From Octopus vulgaris (taxonomy: Eukaryota): DNA of 64,000 nucleotides. The stretch is from NCBI GenBank assembly GCA_951406725.2, contig OX597816.1:71610001-71674000 (forward strand), read 5' to 3'. Below, piece after piece: positions 57,709-64,000 of this stretch (position 1 is its first letter; each line of letters begins with the position of its first letter). The notes beneath the pieces are model-generated. The model did no database searches. It had not been told where the DNA came from and worked only from the letters and a program-made list of their open reading frames with translations. A program made the translations under genes and the position numbers.

Positions 57709-58203
57709 CCACACATATACATATACAGATTCTACAGGCTTCTTTTAGTTTCCATTTACCAAATCCACACACAAGGCTTTGGTTTGCTCGGGGCTATAGT
57801 AGAAGACACTTGCCCAAGGTGCCAAGCTGTGGAACTGAACTGGAAAACATGGCGTTTACGAAGCAAACTTACCATACAGCCACGCTTACGCTTATGTATG
57901 AAAAAATGAGTAAAATGTTGATCAATGTTGAGTAGTGATTGGCTCGGATGGAACGTCTTTGATCATAGGTTTTCTGGATTTGAGCTAACCTGGAGTTAAG
58001 TAGTAGCAAATAACACCGACCCCAGTGTACAAAAACCTTTCAGGCGCAGGAGTGGCTGTGTGGTAAGAAGCTTGCTTACCAACCACATGGTTCCGGGTTC
58101 AGTCCCACTGCTTGGCACCTTGGGCAAGTGTCTTCTGCTATAACCTCGAGCCGACCAAAACCTTGAGAGTGGATTTGGTAGACGGAAACTGAAAGAAACC
58201 GTC

Positions 58204-58297
<94 letters not shown>

Positions 58298-58485
58298 TGC
58301 GTGTGTGTGTGTGTTTGTTCACCCCCGTCGCTTGACAACCGATGTTGGTATGTTTACGTCCTAGTAACTTAGTGGTTCGGCAAAAGAGACCGCTAGAATA
58401 AGTATGAAGAATAACTCCTGGGGTCGATTTGTTCGACTATCGGTAGTGCTCCAGCATGGCCGCAGTCAAATGACTGGAAAAAAAA
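57560..58485. mobile_element. Head-to-head inverted SINE B pair
   Basis: Minus copy 57560-57895, plus copy 58041-58485. Confidence 0.8.
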
Positions 58486-58680
58486 GTAAGGCAGGGGGCT
58501 GGTGGAATCATCATCGCGCTGGGAAAAATGCTCAACAGCATTTTTTCCGATTTTAATCCGAGTTTAAATGCTGCTGGGACTGAATTTGATTTTCATCCTT
58601 TCGAGGTCAATTACATAAGTACCAGTTGAACACCGGGGTCGATATATTCGACTTAACCCCTACACGAAATTGCTGGCCCT

Positions 58681-59320
58681 GTGCCAAAATTTGAAACTAA
58701 TATTACTTGGATAAGAAGGCGGCGAACTGGCGGAACAGTTAGCACGCCGGACAAAATGCTTAGTGGCATTTCTTTCGGCTTTATGTTCCGAGTTCAAATT
58801 CCGCTGGGGTCGACTATGTCTTTCATGCTGAGCACCGGGATCGATATGATCGACTTAGCCCTCACACGAAATTGCTAGCCCCATGCCAAAATTTGAAACT
58901 AATATTACTTGCATAAGAAAGCAGCGAACTGGCGGAACAGTTAGCACGCCGGACAAAATGCTTAGCGGAACTTCTTTCGGCTTTACGTTCCGCGTTCAAA
59001 TTCCACTGGGGTCGACTATGTCTTTCATGCTGAGCACCGGGATCGATATAATTGACTTAGCCCTCACACGAAATTGCTAGCCCCGTGCCAAAATTTGAAA
59101 CTAAAATAACTTGCATAAGAAGGCAGCGAACTGGCGGAACAGTTAGCACGCCGGACAAAACGCTTAGCGGAACTTCTTTCGGCTTTACGTTCCGCGTTCA
59201 AATTCCACTGGGGTCGATTATGTCTTTCATGCTGAGCACTGGGGTCGATGTAATCGATTTACACCCTTCTTGCTGGCCCGAACATGCTGGCCTTGTGCCA
59301 AAATTTGAAATCGATATTAC
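58681..59320 (+). repeat. Three tandem 202-bp units derived from an internally deleted SINE A
   Basis: Units start 58681, 58883 and 59085; all read tctttcatgctgagcac, lacking the cggggtcgat..aagtaccag core. Confidence 0.9.
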
Positions 59321-60267
59321 TAACATAAGTAACCACAGAGTCAATACCTACATATGCGAATATATTTGTAAAACCTCAGCAATGTTGACAAGGTCAGGAG
59401 CTGTCACCTACTCTGTCAGTAGCAGAAACTTTATAATTCTGTCACTCACCATAATTACATCAATTTCACTCGCTATCCACTTTGCAGCTGACATCTGCAT
59501 TGCTTCCTGCATTTAAGATTGCTGCTGCAACGACTACGCATTACAAAAGTGACTTATCAAACTTATTAAACTTGCCTATCAAAGAAACAAGCCTTTTCCT
59601 TCGAAATGCAGATAAAGAGTTGCACTTCCTTTGCACTTCCATACAGATAAAAAGAGTTGCACTTCCTTTGCTATACGGAAGCTAGTACCTACCTCCTCCA
59701 CTTATCCCCATTTGCATAGTTAGGATTTGAGGTGGAAGTGAAGGAGGTGGTCCGCCTCGGGTGAAGCTTTTATGAAGGTACATTTGGGGGTCTACTGTAT
59801 AATTTATCAACCCCGAAAGGATAAAAAGGCAAAGTCGACCCCGGCGGAATACGAACTCAGATCGTAGCAGAAAAAAATATATATATAATGACCTAAACAG
59901 AATTTCAATTCAGAACACAAAGACTCAGAAGAAATGTCGGTACTCCAGCATGGCCACAGTGAAATGAGGGAGACAAATAAAAGAAAAGCATTTTGTCTGT
60001 CGTGCTTATGATTCTACTAGTTGGTCACCTTTATTGTTTTCAAATTTTGCAACTAGGGCAGCAAATTTTAAAGGTTGGCGGGAGCATGTTGATTATATCG
60101 ATCCCAGTACTTGACTGGAACTTTATTTTATCGACCCCCGAAAAGATGAAAGGCAACGTTGACCTTGGCGGAATTTGAACTCAGAACGTAAGGAGCAAAA
60201 AGGAATACTGCCGAGTTTTTTTTTTACCGACACTAACATTTCTGCCAGCTGACCCCTTTACTGTACT

Positions 60268-60484
60268 TTTAACTGTTTCAGTCATTAGACTGCGGTCATA
60301 CTAGGGCACCGTCTTGAAGAACCATAGTTGAATGAACCGACTCCAGAACTTTTTTTTAAAGCCTGGTACTTATTCTATTGGTCTCTTTTGCCGAACTGTT
60401 AAGTTACGAGGACGTAAACACACCAACATCGGTTGTCAAGCGATGATGAGGGGACAAACGAGGACACACAATTATATACATACA

Positions 60485-60535
<51 letters not shown>

Positions 60536-60732
60536 TCGCGTGTGTATCGTTGGCGATTTTCTTTCTCCGTCTTCCCTTCTTTGGACTTTTTCTTTTTTTC
60601 TATATTTCTGACGAAGATTTCCGCTCGAAACGTGAAATCCTCCTTCTTTGTTTACTTTCCTGAGCGTCCAATAACACTATACTTATTCCACGTCCTCGTG
60701 TTGCTGTGTTTACTCTTTGTTCATGTTTGGAT

Positions 60733-60795
<63 letters not shown>

Positions 60796-61000
60796 ATTAT
60801 ATATATATATATATACGACACACACACACACACATGCAACGAGCTTCTTTCAGTTTCCGTCTACCAAATCCACTCACAAGTCTTTGCTCGGCCCAAGGCT
60901 ATAGTAGAAGACACTTTCCCAAGGTGCCAGGCAGTTGGACTGAACCAGGAACCATATGGTTGGGAACCAATCTTAACACACAGTCACGCCTGCACCTATA
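60268..61000 (-). mobile_element. SINE family B interrupted in its microsatellite
   Basis: 3' half 60268-60480, 5' half 60815-61000. Confidence 0.8.
60535..60737 (+). mobile_element. Penelope-like terminal fragment with a hammerhead-like core
   Basis: CTGACGA 60608-60614 ... GAAAC 60627-60631; lies between (TG)n and (TA)n. Confidence 0.55.
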
Positions 61001-61081
61001 ACATTTATTTGTTTTCTAACCGTGTAATCAAAAAAGAGCAGCGTTTCATAGCCCTTCCATTTCCAGGGCTTCTGAGATTTT

Positions 61082-61118
<37 letters not shown>

Positions 61119-61269
61119 TTTATTTAATTATATTTTTTATTTTTGATTACGTCTGGGTCTGGGAGAAAGAAATAGGGACCCTGCTAGACCGGTGAGGTTG
61201 ATGTTAATATTCCTCTTAAACTTTGCTTAAGTCAATATCGCATCTTTATCACCAATTTACGACCACATA

Positions 61270-61487
61270 AGACAGCGAGCTGGCAGAATCGTTAAGATGT
61301 CGGGCATAATGCTTAGCGGCATTTCGTCCGTCTTCACGTTCTATGTTCAAATTCCGCTGATCGACTTTGTCTGTTATCCTTTCGGGGTCAATAAAGTAAG
61401 TACCAGTTAAGCACTGGGGTTGATGCAAGCGACTTATCCCCACCCGTGAAATTGCTGAAATTGTGTCAAAATTTGAAATCAATATTA
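61270..61487 (+). mobile_element. SINE family A monomer
   Basis: Head, core and ttgtgtcaaaatttgaaa tail. Confidence 0.85.
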
Positions 61488-61880
61488 CGACCACACTATC
61501 GCACCTTTATCATAAACATTGCGACACCACTCACGCACATTAATCACAAACATTACGATCACACACACATTTATCACAAATATTACGACCACTCTATCAC
61601 ACTTTTGTTACACGCTCACACATTTATCACAAACATTAGAACTACACTTCCACTTCTTTATCGTAACTATCAAGACGTCGCTATCACACCTTCATCACAA
61701 ATATTACGAACATACGATCACACCCTTATCACAAACATTACGACCACACTATCACACCTTTATCACAAATATTACGACCACACGCTCACACATTTATCAC
61801 AAACCATACTATCACAACTACATAACCAAACTATCAGACCTTTATCACAAACGTTACGACCACTCTTCACAACACCACAT
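61485..61880. repeat. Degenerate ~30-35-bp minisatellite
   Basis: Recurrent tttatcacaaacattacgaccacact. Confidence 0.85.
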
Positions 61881-62429
61881 AGCAATCGAGGTTGTCTTTT
61901 ACGACAATCATTATTTCTAAATCTCTAGAAACTTTCACTTCGCATAATAGAAAAGTAATAAGTGAATATTTTCTTAGAAAAGTCTTTGGTGGCACTGGAC
62001 TTCCCTGTTTACATCTACGCCACTATTTCTTCTCTAAGAATTTCCTTGTTTCTATGAAAATAACAATTTGGCAGAGCAAGATTATCATACATAAAGGGAA
62101 GTGCTAATATTATAGAAAATTACTCGCTATTCAATATTCTCCTAGCTGAGAAACATACCAAATATATATTTTTTATGTTCTATATATATTTTCCAAATTT
62201 TATTTTTGACAATATACAATTATTTTGTTATTCTGTTTCCATGTCCTTCTGTTATTCACTTCCATGTACTTCTAGCAAAAAGAAAAGAAAAAGAAAAAAA
62301 GTGTAATTTTCCCACATCACGTTTGTATATCTATTGGTTGGTTGGTTGGTATCTCAGTGCAACGATAATATAGCAGATTGATAGATGTTTTTATTAGTCG
62401 GTGTATTGTTACATTATTCAATATATGTA

Positions 62430-62475
62430 TGTTATATATGTATGTTATACATACATACATATATAGGTGTATATA

Positions 62476-62507
<32 letters not shown>

Positions 62508-62805
62508 CGCACACAAACACATAAGTGTGTGTATTGGACCCAATAATTTCTCCTAAATCTAGGTTTTTAGTTTTGACGGCTTCATGGCTTCATTTTCATA
62601 TATATATATATATATACGTATATATATATGTGTGTATATATATATATATATGTATTTATATATATGTGTGTGTATATATATATGTATGTATATATATATA
62701 TGTATATATATATGTATATATATATATATGTATATATATATGTATATATATATAATATATATATATGTATGTATATATATATATATGTATATATATATAT
62801 GTATG

Positions 62806-62843
<38 letters not shown>

Positions 62844-62863
62844 CGTATATATGTATATGTGTA

Positions 62864-62896
<33 letters not shown>

Positions 62897-62970
62897 GCAT
62901 ATATACACATATATATACATATACACATGTATATATATATATATATATGCACACACACACACACATATAC
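62430..62970. repeat. (TA/TG)n microsatellite block
   Basis: Directly visible. Confidence 0.97.
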
Positions 62971-64000
62971 TTTCCCTATATTTCTTTCATTGATAAATAA
63001 TTTAATAAGTGCTCTCTTCCAGGGAAGCTATATATAATTACATATAGTTGTGACTAGTTATATCCTAAACATATCGTACATACGTATGTATGCGTGCATA
63101 TATGCATGCAGACACACATATCTCTAAGTTTGCATGTCTGTATGAATACATGTGTGTGTGTGTATATGTATGTGCGTTACAATAAGTATATTTGGTCTCA
63201 TCTGGTTACAAATCAATTAATTCCATCTAATATTGATTAATTGAGACCACATAATGCAAGCAAACATTTCTGTAGCTAGCTATAGGAAATATTCATCGTG
63301 CTATTGTTTGAGAAATCTATAAATCACTCTCAATAGCTGCAGAATCCAGAAAAAGAAGAAGAAGGACACGTTTAAACAACTCTTCTTCAATGAATAATCA
63401 ACACTAAGTACAGCTATCATTGAAGTCGATAACTACATCATTGAAGATCTTCTATTATAACGAGGAGACTGTGGCTAAGGTGACAGCCATGTTAGTTGCT
63501 GCTGCTGCTGTATCTAATATGACGACTATTGTCGTTGCTGTTGTTGTTTAGGACCATGGGAGACCTGGTGCAGACTATCCCATGATCAAAAGAGTCCCAT
63601 ATACTCTTGCTCTTTGTTTAAATATTTTTCGGGGTTATTTTGGACAACGGTTTTTAATGTATTTTCCTCCCTTCCTTTCAAGGCAGTAGTGTGTGATCTA
63701 AGGGAGATTTAGCTACTATTTATAGCTTGTCTACAATCTTAGCTAGGGGTTTCAAGCTAAGATGACAGCCACCATATTAGTAACTGCTATTGCAACTGAT
63801 ATGGTGGTTGCTGTTGCTGTTGTTGCTTAGCGCCATGGGAGACCAGTTCCAGCGTACCCGATAATCAATGGGGTACATTATAAACATTACAATACTGTTC
63901 TTTTAAATAAAGTTTTTTCCAGGTTCATCACGGACTACATTATCTAATATTCCTCTTTCTTCCTTTTTAACGTAGTAAAGTAAGATTTGAAGGAGATGTA

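Noticed and set aside
59690-59748. Inverted repeat acctcctccactt/aagtgaaggaggt around an octamer motif
   Set aside because: Only about 13 bp with a poorly paired interior; not distinguishable from chance
61485-61880. CRISPR-like spaced repeats (also 24065-24745 and 36500-37340)
   Set aside because: Contiguous degenerate minisatellites with no unique spacers and no cas genes, in a eukaryotic context

Overview
AT-rich, microsatellite-dense eukaryotic DNA. The SINE families and repeat landscape resemble coleoid cephalopod (Octopus-type) sequence; this is recognition, not a database result. No intact host protein-coding gene is supportable, and most track ORFs are microsatellite read-through. 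The window is a stack of transposable elements: a hAT/Charlie fossil split by a 465-bp solo LTR, a LINE end and a SINE; a full-length decayed mariner; a Tc1-like (DUF4817-type) remnant; a Helitron with a long open PIF1 helicase frame plus several non-autonomous Helitrons and a Helentron-type HINE; R4/Dong-like RLE LINE fragments sitting in (TAA)n or (CATA)n tracts; CR1 and RTE 3' ends; Penelope-like ends with hammerhead-like cores; MITEs; and four tRNA-headed SINE families (labelled A-D here) plus an older family E. Splice signals suggest non-coding 5' exons of a minus-strand host gene in the first 10 kb. The most unusual signals are identical headless tandem junctions in SINE A at three loci, a solo LTR carrying an NRF1/ETS promoter cassette inserted at the hAT catalytic motif, microsatellite-associated RLE elements with two apparent specificities, and the internal microsatellite of SINE B repeatedly receiving other elements. 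Coordinates without TSD or TIR support are approximate.
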